Part shown: positions 52,304 to 60,963 of the stretch, piece after piece
How the letters are laid out: each line of letters begins with the position of its first letter
How positions within the stretch are numbered: the first letter of the stretch is position 1
DNA from: Clostridia bacterium
Lineage (GTDB): Bacteria > Bacillota > Clostridia > JAAYHZ01
DNA length: 64,000 bases
NCBI GenBank assembly: GCA_050950825.1
Contig: JBMNIH010000004.1
Location: forward strand, 512,001 to 576,000
Direction: 5' to 3'
The notes under the pieces: model-generated
Databases searched by the model: none
What the model was told of the DNA's origin: nothing
What the model saw: only the letters and a program-made list of their open reading frames with translations
Translations under genes and position numbers: made by a program

Positions 52304-53791
52304 TTATAATACCTTTAAAAGGTCCTGCAGTAACAACCAAGCTTTTTCGTCTATCGCTTTGCATTCGTCAATAAGATAACCGATTTTTTCACGTATTTCA
52401 CGGGATGCAAGCGCTTGAATCTGTTTCTCTCCGCGCTCCCAACCGCCCAATACTTGGTACATTTTTAATGCGCACGCCGCCGATTCGGCAAATCGTTCCG
52501 CAATTTTTGCATATAACGGTTGCTTCGGATTTTTATCGGCCAGCTTTTTAAAGTATTTATATGCGTTTTTACGCCCGTCGGCAAGACAATCTACGGCATC
52601 TTGATGACACATAAGTCGTTCCACAAGCAGGGAGCTTACCATGTCTTTATTGATTTGACTTTCGTCCAATAGAGCCTTTTTCCATGCTTCATAAGCATAT
52701 CCGGCTTTTGCATATTCATAATGCCTTCTCGGCGTCATAACCTCGATAGCGTTTTCAACGACGTTTCTTACCGTGTATCTTTTGCCGGTGATTTCCCCGA
52801 ATGACATAAGTGCATTGGTACTTTGATTTTCCCACCACCGGTCGGTTATATAATAACCGGATTCGTCAAAACGTACGTTTGCAGCATATTCCGAGTAATT
52901 CTGAAACACGTTCCATCCTAATAGGATATTGCCGTTATCGCGATAACCGGTTATGATTCCCGGTTCGGGAGGACCGATGACACCCCTTGCGATCACCGGG
53001 ATACCGTTATCAATTTTTTCTTTAATGAAGTTTATAAACTCGGCCTTTTGGGTTGTTTGCGATCGGCCGATCAGATTGAATTGACAACCTATAGACTCGA
53101 TGGCACGGCGGAACACCTTGGAAGGGTCGTCAAATGTAAAAATATCGCCCACGTTACCTCCGTCCCAAGTCGTTTCGTTCCAACTAAGGCGAAAAGCCAT
53201 ACCGCAATAGACGATTGCATCCGTATAGTCCAGCTCAATCCCCATGTAATTCGCCGCCGCTTTCATACAAATCGGTAGGGGAGTGATCCCGCCGAACGCA
53301 CCGTAATGAACCTTAGGAACACCGTATAAAACAACGCTTCCGTCCGATACATGTCTTTGTTCATGGTTATTCATTTTTACAATCCCTTCCTTTTCTTTTT
53401 GAGAAACCGGATTGAAATTTATAGATACGCCGAAAACACCGGCAGTTAAAACGGTACGGCCGACAGATCGTTTTTGTCTTCGAAAATCGCTCGGATTAAA
53501 ACCGGTAATACGCTTGAAAGCTCTTGTAAAAGAATCCGGATTTGAAAAACCGTATTTTGTAGCAATGTCCAAGATATTTTTATCACTATGAGAGATGTCA
53601 AAAGCCGCATGTGCAATTCTTCTGCTTAAAACGTAGCGGGATAAGGATTTTCCCGTCAGCTTGGAAAAAACGGATCGAATATGCGACAGAGAAAACCCCA
53701 CCGCCTTTTCAAGCTCCGCATACTCGAAACCGGTTTGTAACCTATTTTCAACGAATATAATGACCGAAGAAACCATAACATATTGATCCAT
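52304..53791 (-). CDS. AraC-family regulator with N-terminal HTH and a large uncharacterised C-terminal domain
   Basis: ILDIATKYGFSNPDSFTRAFKRITG.NPS. Confidence 0.85.
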   Translation of the reverse strand: MDQYVMVSSVIIFVENRLQTGFEYAELEKAVGFSLSHIRSVFSKLTGKSLSRYVLSRRIAHAAFDISHSDKNILDIATKYGFSNPDSFTRAFKRITGFNPSDFRRQKRSVGRTVLTAGVFGVSINFNPVSQKEKEGIVKMNNHEQRHVSDGSVVLYGVPKVHYGAFGGITPLPICMKAAANYMGIELDYTDAIVYCGMAFRLSWNETTWDGGNVGDIFTFDDPSKVFRRAIESIGCQFNLIGRSQTTQKAEFINFIKEKIDNGIPVIARGVIGPPEPGIITGYRDNGNILLGWNVFQNYSEYAANVRFDESGYYITDRWWENQSTNALMSFGEITGKRYTVRNVVENAIEVMTPRRHYEYAKAGYAYEAWKKALLDESQINKDMVSSLLVERLMCHQDAVDCLADGRKNAYKYFKKLADKNPKQPLYAKIAERFAESAACALKMYQVLGGWERGEKQIQALASREIREKIGYLIDECKAIDEKAWLLLQDLLKVL

Positions 53792-54039
53792 CACATCACA
53801 ACCGTTCATTTCCTCTATATGGAGTGATGTCAGTATATCATACGAAAAAAATATCTTCTCGACTTTTTTAATGATGTTAAATGAAAACCCAAACGAATTG
53901 TGTTATTTAAGATAACAACATTCATGCCGAGATAAGGGACGATTAAGTCTATATAATGGTGTAAAAAGAAGTTGAGCCAAAGCTCATACCTCGGTTAGAA
54001 TATAAGTGTCATCAAATACCAAACCGAGGAGGATGAACC

Positions 54040-55254
54040 ATGGCTCAGTTTAATATTACAATAACCGAAAAACTTTTGCACGGACTATTTTTATCAAACG
54101 GCAGGGATGAAGCATTTTCCAAGCTATTAGAGGAAATCTTCAACCAGGTACTATTAGCCCAATCTTCAGAACAGGTAGGAGCTGAACCCTATGAGAGAAC
54201 TGAAGAAAGAACTGCCTACCGCAATGGTTTTCGAGACAGACAGATGACTACTCGAGTTGGCACACTTACTCTGCGGGTCCCCAGGCATCGCAATGGTAAG
54301 TTTTCTACAGAGCTGTTTGCCCGATATCAACGCAGTGAACAGGCCTTGATACTGGCCATGATGGAGATGGTGATTAATGGGGTTTCAACTCGTAAAGTTG
54401 AAGCCATCACACAAGAGCTCTGTGGTAAATCGTTTTCTAAATCCACAGTTTCAGCTCTTTGTAAGCAGCTGGATCCCATGGTTCACGCTTTTAGGACAAG
54501 ACCGCTTGAAAGTCATTATCCCTTTCTAATTGTAGATGCTCTTTACCTTAAGGTGCGTGAAGATCATCGGGTTGAGTCAAGAGGATTACTCATCGCCGTA
54601 GGTGTCAACGAAGAAGGTTATCGCGAAATTATTGGCTTTCAGGTGGCTAACACAGAAACTGAAAGCAGTTGGGGGGAATTCTTCGCATCCCTAAAGGAAA
54701 GGGGATTAAAAGACGTTCGCTTAATTACATCCGACAATCACAAGGGGCTTGTCAATGCAGTCAAGAGACATTTTCAAGGAGCAACCTGGCAACGATGTCA
54801 AACCCATTTTTCAAGGAACATGCTGGATCACACTCCTAAAGCACTACAGCCTGTTATCAAAGAAGATCTTCGTGAGCTGTATGAAGCTGTTGACTTAGAT
54901 AGCGCTCGAAAGGTCAGAGATCAGCTCCTTGGTAAATACGGGACGATAGCTCCAAAAGCTGCTACTCTATTAGACGAATCCTTCGATGATGTCACGGCGA
55001 TTCTGGCAGTGCCCCTGAAATATCGAAAGCGACTACGTACTACAAACGGCGTGGAACGGCTCAATCAGGAAGTGAGGCGGCGAGAGCGGGTAATACGCAT
55101 CTTCCCTAATGAGGCATCCGTAATCCGCTTGATAGGTGCCCTGCTTATGGAACAAGATGAAAAGTGGCAAGCAGGCCGTAAATACTTTGATATGGATTTA
55201 TATTATCAAAGTATGGAAAACAAGAAAACCAAGGATAGAAACCCTGCTGCCTAG
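54040..55254 (+). CDS. IS256-family transposase
   Basis: YRNG, GVSTRKV, VDALY, SDNHKGL, WQRCQTHF and RTTNGVERLNQE. Confidence 0.96.
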   Translation: MAQFNITITEKLLHGLFLSNGRDEAFSKLLEEIFNQVLLAQSSEQVGAEPYERTEERTAYRNGFRDRQMTTRVGTLTLRVPRHRNGKFSTELFARYQRSEQALILAMMEMVINGVSTRKVEAITQELCGKSFSKSTVSALCKQLDPMVHAFRTRPLESHYPFLIVDALYLKVREDHRVESRGLLIAVGVNEEGYREIIGFQVANTETESSWGEFFASLKERGLKDVRLITSDNHKGLVNAVKRHFQGATWQRCQTHFSRNMLDHTPKALQPVIKEDLRELYEAVDLDSARKVRDQLLGKYGTIAPKAATLLDESFDDVTAILAVPLKYRKRLRTTNGVERLNQEVRRRERVIRIFPNEASVIRLIGALLMEQDEKWQAGRKYFDMDLYYQSMENKKTKDRNPAA

Positions 55255-55273
55255 GGTACCTACTACTATCATT

Positions 55274-55439
55274 GCATTTATTCCACGGTCTGTTGACAAC
55301 GAGCCTCTCATGGCCTGTTTATATGCATCAGAGCCATCCCCATTGTTTTATCGATATGTCTTACGCTGGAGTGGTGATGCCTGGCAATCAGCCTAACATG
55401 CCATGTACTCATTATCAACAGCTTTCGCGGCATAAAAGC
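55274..55439 (-). other. Conserved long-hairpin element containing a sigma70-type promoter, copy B (inside IS256)
   Basis: Homologous to 50277-50447 with compensatory changes; TTGATA-17-TAGGCT on the minus strand. Confidence 0.75.
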
Positions 55440-56031
55440 TTTCGTCTGGTCCGGTTGATAACATCAATGTCCTTTAGCATACCGGCTGGACAAACCGAGG
55501 TAATTTACACACTATTTTGGACTTGACTCACATTCACATTGTGGTGGTTTCTTTTTGTGTTGCGAATTGATAAAACGCATAATCATTATATAACAGTTTA
55601 TTAAAATGTGAATACATACTATTTATAATATTTTCCGGCTATAAAATTATTACCTGAAATATTTGTAAGTGTCAAAGAAATCAATACATAGAATAAAGCC
55701 TCTGTAGATAGTACCATCATAATTAAACGTGGTTGGTAAAGTCGAAAAAGATGAAAAGTTAAATGCGAAAAAAGTCCTCTAATAACAGAGGTCTTTTAAA
55801 ATGCTTCATGGTAGGTTGTGGCCGGTCTTGCGTTTTCGCCGTCCTATCCACCCTACATTTGTTTGAAACTATATTTACGCTTTCAATTATTTCTTACCTA
55901 ATCCAAACAACAATTGAATAACCGTTTCGACAATCTTCTATTCGGATTCTTCCATTTCTATATCAAACTCATTACATAATTTTAATGTATAAGACAGAGC
56001 AGCATTGGCTCTTTTTTCTTTTGGGATCTTA

Positions 56032-57673
56032 TCATTGAAAGTTTTTATGTATTCCAAACTTATTGTCTACCAAATCGCTTTTTAAATAATAAAACCCTTG
56101 CAGTACAAGGGTTTTGTTGGTGGAGGCGAGCCGTACCTCCCCATATCCACAACCACCCTCGTATATGTTATGCCGACTCATGTCAATTGAGTGAATATCA
56201 AGCGTATCATCGTAGACGATAACTTTCTTGACATATGTTTGGATAATTTGCTTTTGCTCTTCCGGAGTTCTGCTCCTTATGTCGGCATCCTTAGCCAGAT
56301 ATGCTCTTATCATTTCTTCCGAAGGGGCATGAGCTTGAGCTTGGATCTTGGCTTCCTCGATCTTCAACTCGAGAGCCGATCTCTTCGCTTCGAGTTCGTC
56401 CATCTTTTCTTTCATGCTCGGGTGAAACATCCCTGCGGCTATGGCATTGACGATATTATTGATTTCGGTCTTAATGCCTGTCAAACGGTCCGTAAACGCT
56501 TTTATATCTCTGTCGATCTCTTTCGTTTGCTCGGCCGCATATTCCATTACCTTCTTGGCGATCGTGTCAATGGCCTCGGGGGAGAATACGTTTTTCTCCA
56601 GATATTCTATCACGATATTTTCAACGTAATCCTTTCGGATGTTTTTCATATCGCAGCTCTTTGTTCGCTTGCGAATAGAGCACTCATAAGTCACCTGCAG
56701 AGTTTTATTCCTGCCCGCATATCTTCGATTGCCGACCATGGCTCCGCCGCATTTACCGCAGAAAATGATACCCAGATAATAAGATACGTCTCTTTCGCCT
56801 TGTTCGCCGCTCGGACCTCGTTTCATTCTTTCTCCATTCTCGCTTGCACCCTCTCCCAGGCTTCGTCCGTCTATGATCCGAGGCATGCCGCCCTCGATTC
56901 TTGATAATCTCCTCCTCACTTTTGCTTTTGCGGTGGTTACGCTTTCCGTCTGATTTTTCGGATCGGAGCGATTGAATATGTAAACGCCACGATACTTTTC
57001 ATTTTATAAGTATCTCGTGCAAGCCGTTCTTCCCGAAACGGCCTGCCGGTCTTGTGTCCTGCAGCCAGTCTTGATTCAGCTGCTACGTATAATTTCGCCG
57101 TATCCAGAGCCAGCAGGCATACATCTCATAGATATAGCCTGTACGAGCCGGCGACTTCGTGCTCGTTGATAATGTAGGTGCCGTCCGGGGCTACGTCGTA
57201 TCCCAGCGGAGGTTTCCCGCCGGTATGTTTGCATTGCAGGGCAGTCTCTCTCATGCCCTTCATGACTTCCCGGGCAAGGTTTCGGCTGTAATATTCGGCC
57301 ATTCCCTCAAGGACGGATTCAAGAATAATGCTTTCCGGACTATCGTCCAGGTTTTCGAGAACCGATATAAGCCTGACACCGTTCTTCTTTAGCTGACGCT
57401 TATAAAATGCGGAATCATACCTATCTCGGCTGAACCGGTCCAGCTTATGTGAACGATGACAGCAGCAAACAGACCCAGGGCGCTGTCCTGTATCATCTGC
57501 AGAAAGCCAGGTCTGTCATCTGTTGTTGCGCTCCGGGCTTCATCAGTATATATCTTGACAAGGCGGATCCCATTTCTATCACAGTATTCACGGATAGCGC
57601 GAAGCTGAGCTTCTATTGATTCTTCGCGCTGGTTGTCACTGCTATACCTTGCGTACGCTGCTGCTTTGATCAT
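56032..57673 (-). pseudogene. Large serine recombinase (integrase) with multiple frameshifts
   Basis: AAAYARYSSDNQREESIEAQ, recombinase-domain pieces, Zn ribbon CGKCG and coiled coil are spread over several frames. Confidence 0.85.
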
Positions 57674-57735
57674 CGGTTGCCCTCCTATATGCAAGAACTT
57701 ATGTTCGTAGTTATAATAAAAAAAAATAAAGTTAA

Positions 57736-58251
57736 TTAGTTTTCTTGGCTGTAATGTGAAAATTTAATACCTAATCTACGAAGCATATCAAAAGTGTTTA
57801 TATATTGGACATTAAAAGCTACACAAACATTAGGAATAGGTATTCTCTTTTTAATTTCTTTATTAAAAGCCTCGTGTGTAACTACTATTAACCCTTTTGC
57901 CTTTGCATATGCGATCAACCATCCATCTGCACAGCTTGCAAATTCACTTTTGGCTTCTGGTTTAAATTGTGTTTGGTTATATGACCATGTCATAATGTCT
58001 CTATAAGCGTCAATAACGTCATCTTCACCGGTTGATTTACACAAAGATTCAAAATTTTCTATCCATTCTGCTAATTCATCTTTTCCTTTTTTTATTTCCG
58101 ACATTATACGATCAATTATGATTATATGTTGATTTTTAATATGAACGCTTAAAGCCTCCCAAAAAGGAGGCGCTATGTCGAATGCATAGTACCGACGTGA
58201 AGCTTCCATAAAAACATTAGCATCTGGGATAAATATAGTATTACTGGTCAT
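57736..58251 (-). CDS. DUF4411 family PIN-like protein
   Basis: DANVF, YYAFD..P.FW, ADGWLIAYA, VVTHE and IPNVC. Confidence 0.8.
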   Translation of the reverse strand: MTSNTIFIPDANVFMEASRRYYAFDIAPPFWEALSVHIKNQHIIIIDRIMSEIKKGKDELAEWIENFESLCKSTGEDDVIDAYRDIMTWSYNQTQFKPEAKSEFASCADGWLIAYAKAKGLIVVTHEAFNKEIKKRIPIPNVCVAFNVQYINTFDMLRRLGIKFSHYSQEN

Positions 58252-59405
58252 AATAAATTCCCCAATTCTAACGACTCAGCATAGCGCTCAAAAGTCTTTC
58301 CATACAGTCCTGTAAGTTGATATGCTTCATGATATAGAAGTTTTTCTTCTCGAACAGCAGTGATTATAGCTTCTGCAAAACGTCGGCCGATACGCAGATT
58401 TTGGCTTGCGTAGAAATTACCTCCATCATTGTTTTGATTCTTATTTTTCTCTTTTGTCTGATAGTCATTATAAAACTTTATAAATGTATCTTTTGTAATA
58501 TATCCTAAGTCAAGAGCTCTACGTGCAACGACCAACTCGCTTACCTTAAATTGGCGTGCTAGTATCTGAAAAGGTTCAGAATTATTGGAAACTGTAGACC
58601 AGATTTCCTGAAATTCATGCTTAGGAACCAAAAACTCTGCAGCTAACATATTACAAATTAGCTCAATTTTATCTTCAGCGGGCTGAAGATCACGGAGATC
58701 AAATGCAGCGCTAACACCAAACCAAACATGAGCCAACTCATGTGCTAGTGTAAACATCTGAGCAGCTTTTCCGTCAGCACCATTTACAAATACTAAAGGC
58801 GCATATTCATCGACTAAAACGAAACCACGAAATTCGGATGGATTAAGTTTGCGATGTGTATTATTTCCTACAACGCTATTAACGACTACAATAATGCCTA
58901 TATTTTCCATGCGGATTTGCAATTCTCGTAATGCTTCAGTCCAATTTGGCTGTTTTGCTGCCCATTCCTCTTCAAGCCCTAATGTCTTTCTCATTTTCTG
59001 AGCTACATAGGAAGGATCCTCTGCAAGATCTACCGAATTTACAAAAGGTAACGGGTCATGACCTTGCTCAATAAGATAATCACGCATCCAATTCTGGCGC
59101 CGTTTCATTATCTGTACGGTTTCGATAAGTTCAGCGCTGAATTGATGCATAAATTGATTTTTGTCGGTACGGAAATATGGAATAGGAAGTTGCTCTACTG
59201 GTGGCTCTGGAAGGAAAAAATAACCCAGTGGAGTATAAGTTGCTTTTGCCAAGTCTTCTAACTGGCGCAAAGTAGGCATACTTTCTCCTTTTAGCCACTC
59301 AGATAGCTTTGGAAACCTCTGTTCGATTGTAAAGGCTCTGCCCGACCTTTCAAGAGCCCATAGAAGAACAGATTTTTCTATAGCTACTTCTGGTATTTTA
59401 GCCAT
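58248..59405 (-). CDS. HTH plus ImmA/IrrE (M78) metallopeptidase
   Basis: PTLRQLEDLA HTH, FTLAHELAH, CN..AAEFLVP and FKVS; stop overlaps the DUF4411 start. Confidence 0.88.
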   Translation of the reverse strand: MAKIPEVAIEKSVLLWALERSGRAFTIEQRFPKLSEWLKGESMPTLRQLEDLAKATYTPLGYFFLPEPPVEQLPIPYFRTDKNQFMHQFSAELIETVQIMKRRQNWMRDYLIEQGHDPLPFVNSVDLAEDPSYVAQKMRKTLGLEEEWAAKQPNWTEALRELQIRMENIGIIVVVNSVVGNNTHRKLNPSEFRGFVLVDEYAPLVFVNGADGKAAQMFTLAHELAHVWFGVSAAFDLRDLQPAEDKIELICNMLAAEFLVPKHEFQEIWSTVSNNSEPFQILARQFKVSELVVARRALDLGYITKDTFIKFYNDYQTKEKNKNQNNDGGNFYASQNLRIGRRFAEAIITAVREEKLLYHEAYQLTGLYGKTFERYAESLELGNLL

Positions 59406-59551
59406 GGCACCATCACCTCCTTTCATCAATAATTATGTTACAATATATTATAACATTTTCCCTTTATTTTTTGCTTCTTTTGGACATCAGTTTTTGAAAA
59501 ATATCTTCAAATTCTCACTATTATTTCTAATTACCTTTAAATTGTGTTAGT

Positions 59552-60007
59552 TTATAAATTTTTATAAACTCCAGGTGGATCGAAATAGATTATGTAATTG
59601 CCGCGCTTTTTGCATTTTCCGTACATGGCATTGTAAGTAGCAAAAGCGTCCTTTAAAAAATCCTCAGTTACTCCTATATATTCAGCCATTTCATATTGAT
59701 TTCTGCATCCAGCTTCAAAGGCCTTGATTATATTTTTCAGTGTCACAAGCCGCTTTACTGCCCACCGTCTGGCTTTTATTTCCTGCTTGCGGTTGGCTGT
59801 CACCGACGTATCGATGATGTTGCCGCATGAAGTAAAATGATGTCCCAGTTCCTCGGCCAGTACGCATGCTTTCTCGGCGGTGGTTGACAAATTCTTGCTT
59901 AACGCAATGGCATTGTCGTAATAAAGCCCTTTTATCTTGCCTCGGAGAGGTAAAGTCACAACCTCGATGCCCTCTCTCTCAGCCTCTAGAAGCAATCTTT
60001 CGTACAT
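59552..60007 (-). CDS. ImmA/IrrE-family anti-repressor peptidase
   Basis: KGLY, LAEELGHH and KQE.KARRWA. Confidence 0.85.
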   Translation of the reverse strand: MYERLLLEAEREGIEVVTLPLRGKIKGLYYDNAIALSKNLSTTAEKACVLAEELGHHFTSCGNIIDTSVTANRKQEIKARRWAVKRLVTLKNIIKAFEAGCRNQYEMAEYIGVTEDFLKDAFATYNAMYGKCKKRGNYIIYFDPPGVYKNL

Positions 60008-60069
60008 GGCAAACCTCACAAATATATAACCCATGCTCGCACACTTATATACTTCGAGCGTACCTCATA

Positions 60070-60471
60070 TTACTTTTTTCCTGCCCAGAATTGATGCCCG
60101 CATTTAAGGCAAGTCACTCTGACTTTTTTGGATCCGATATTGCCGGCCATAAGACCGATACCGCCGGTAAGAGAAGCACCAACCACAGCTTTCCCTATTC
60201 CAAATCCCTTTTTGTGTGCTGACAAGCTTGTTGAATAGCATTTCGGACAGTAGGCGATGCCTTCTTTATCCAGCTGTTTGGCTCGCTCTTTTAGTGCTTG
60301 ACGATTAACTTCTTCACTGAAGTATTCTTCCTTGACTTGATCTTTTAATCTTTCCCAGAAGCTTTTTTTAACCGGTTTTTCAACCGGTTCCCCCTGCGAT
60401 TCTCCGATGGGAGCGCCGCAATTTGAGCAGAAATTACCAGTTATTTCATGACCGCAGTTTGAACAAAACAT
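60070..60471 (-). CDS. Zinc-ribbon protein
   Basis: CSNCG twice, CPKC, a glycine-rich hydrophobic stretch and CLKCG. Confidence 0.75.
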   Translation of the reverse strand: MFCSNCGHEITGNFCSNCGAPIGESQGEPVEKPVKKSFWERLKDQVKEEYFSEEVNRQALKERAKQLDKEGIAYCPKCYSTSLSAHKKGFGIGKAVVGASLTGGIGLMAGNIGSKKVRVTCLKCGHQFWAGKK

Positions 60472-60486
60472 ATAAACACACCACCT

Positions 60487-60891
60487 TTAAGAAATAATAA
60501 TAACAACTACTATAATAATTAATGCAATCATGCCTAACAAAGCAATTATTGTACCACATCCGCAGCCTTTTGGCTGTGCTGCTTGTTTCCGAGGTGTCCT
60601 CAGTTCTCTTTCTAATTCTTCTATCTCTTTATCCAAGTCAATATATAATCCCATAGCATGCCTACAGCCTTCATGAAAGAGGCCTGCTTTTCTTGCTTCT
60701 TCCAGCGTCGGGTAGCCTTTTGTTCTTCCTGTGATGCTTAAGATTTTTCCCTGCCAAGGCTTGCATAATGGGCAATCGGTTATGTGAGTAGATATTTTTA
60801 CAAGGTCACGCCCCAATTCTTTAGCTCTCTGGGTAACTGAGAAAATATGCGGCTCTATATTTGAAGGTTTAGTATTTTTTGTGTTAGACAT
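60487..60891 (-). CDS. Phage minor-capsid-like domain fused to a C-terminal TM helix
   Basis: DLVKISTH...CPLCKPWQGKILS...YPTLEEA...GLFH..CRH, then a hydrophobic tail. Confidence 0.65.
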   Translation of the reverse strand: MSNTKNTKPSNIEPHIFSVTQRAKELGRDLVKISTHITDCPLCKPWQGKILSITGRTKGYPTLEEARKAGLFHEGCRHAMGLYIDLDKEIEELERELRTPRKQAAQPKGCGCGTIIALLGMIALIIIVVVIIIS

Positions 60892-60963
60892 TCAATCACC
60901 CATAACTTCATTCATTTTTCTTACGCTGCTGCCGTTTCATCCTCACAAACTCCTTAAACCGTT

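Larger units (their letters stand above)
53926..55529 (+). mobile_element. IS256-family insertion sequence
   Basis: Transposase plus imperfect IRs (GATTAAGTC...GTGTAAA near 53941 / TTTACAC...GACTTGACTC to 55529); near-repeat ACATTCA at 53918 and 55530; left boundary uncertain. Confidence 0.8.

Noticed and set aside
55540-56030. Possible ncRNA or small gene between IS256 and the att site
   Set aside because: Only AT-rich sequence with a short stop-interrupted coding-like fragment; nothing assignable.
56191-56904. 237-aa plus-strand ORF, and other long antisense ORFs such as 27549-28175 and 17212-17808
   Set aside because: Shadow frames opposite real genes, with no motifs.
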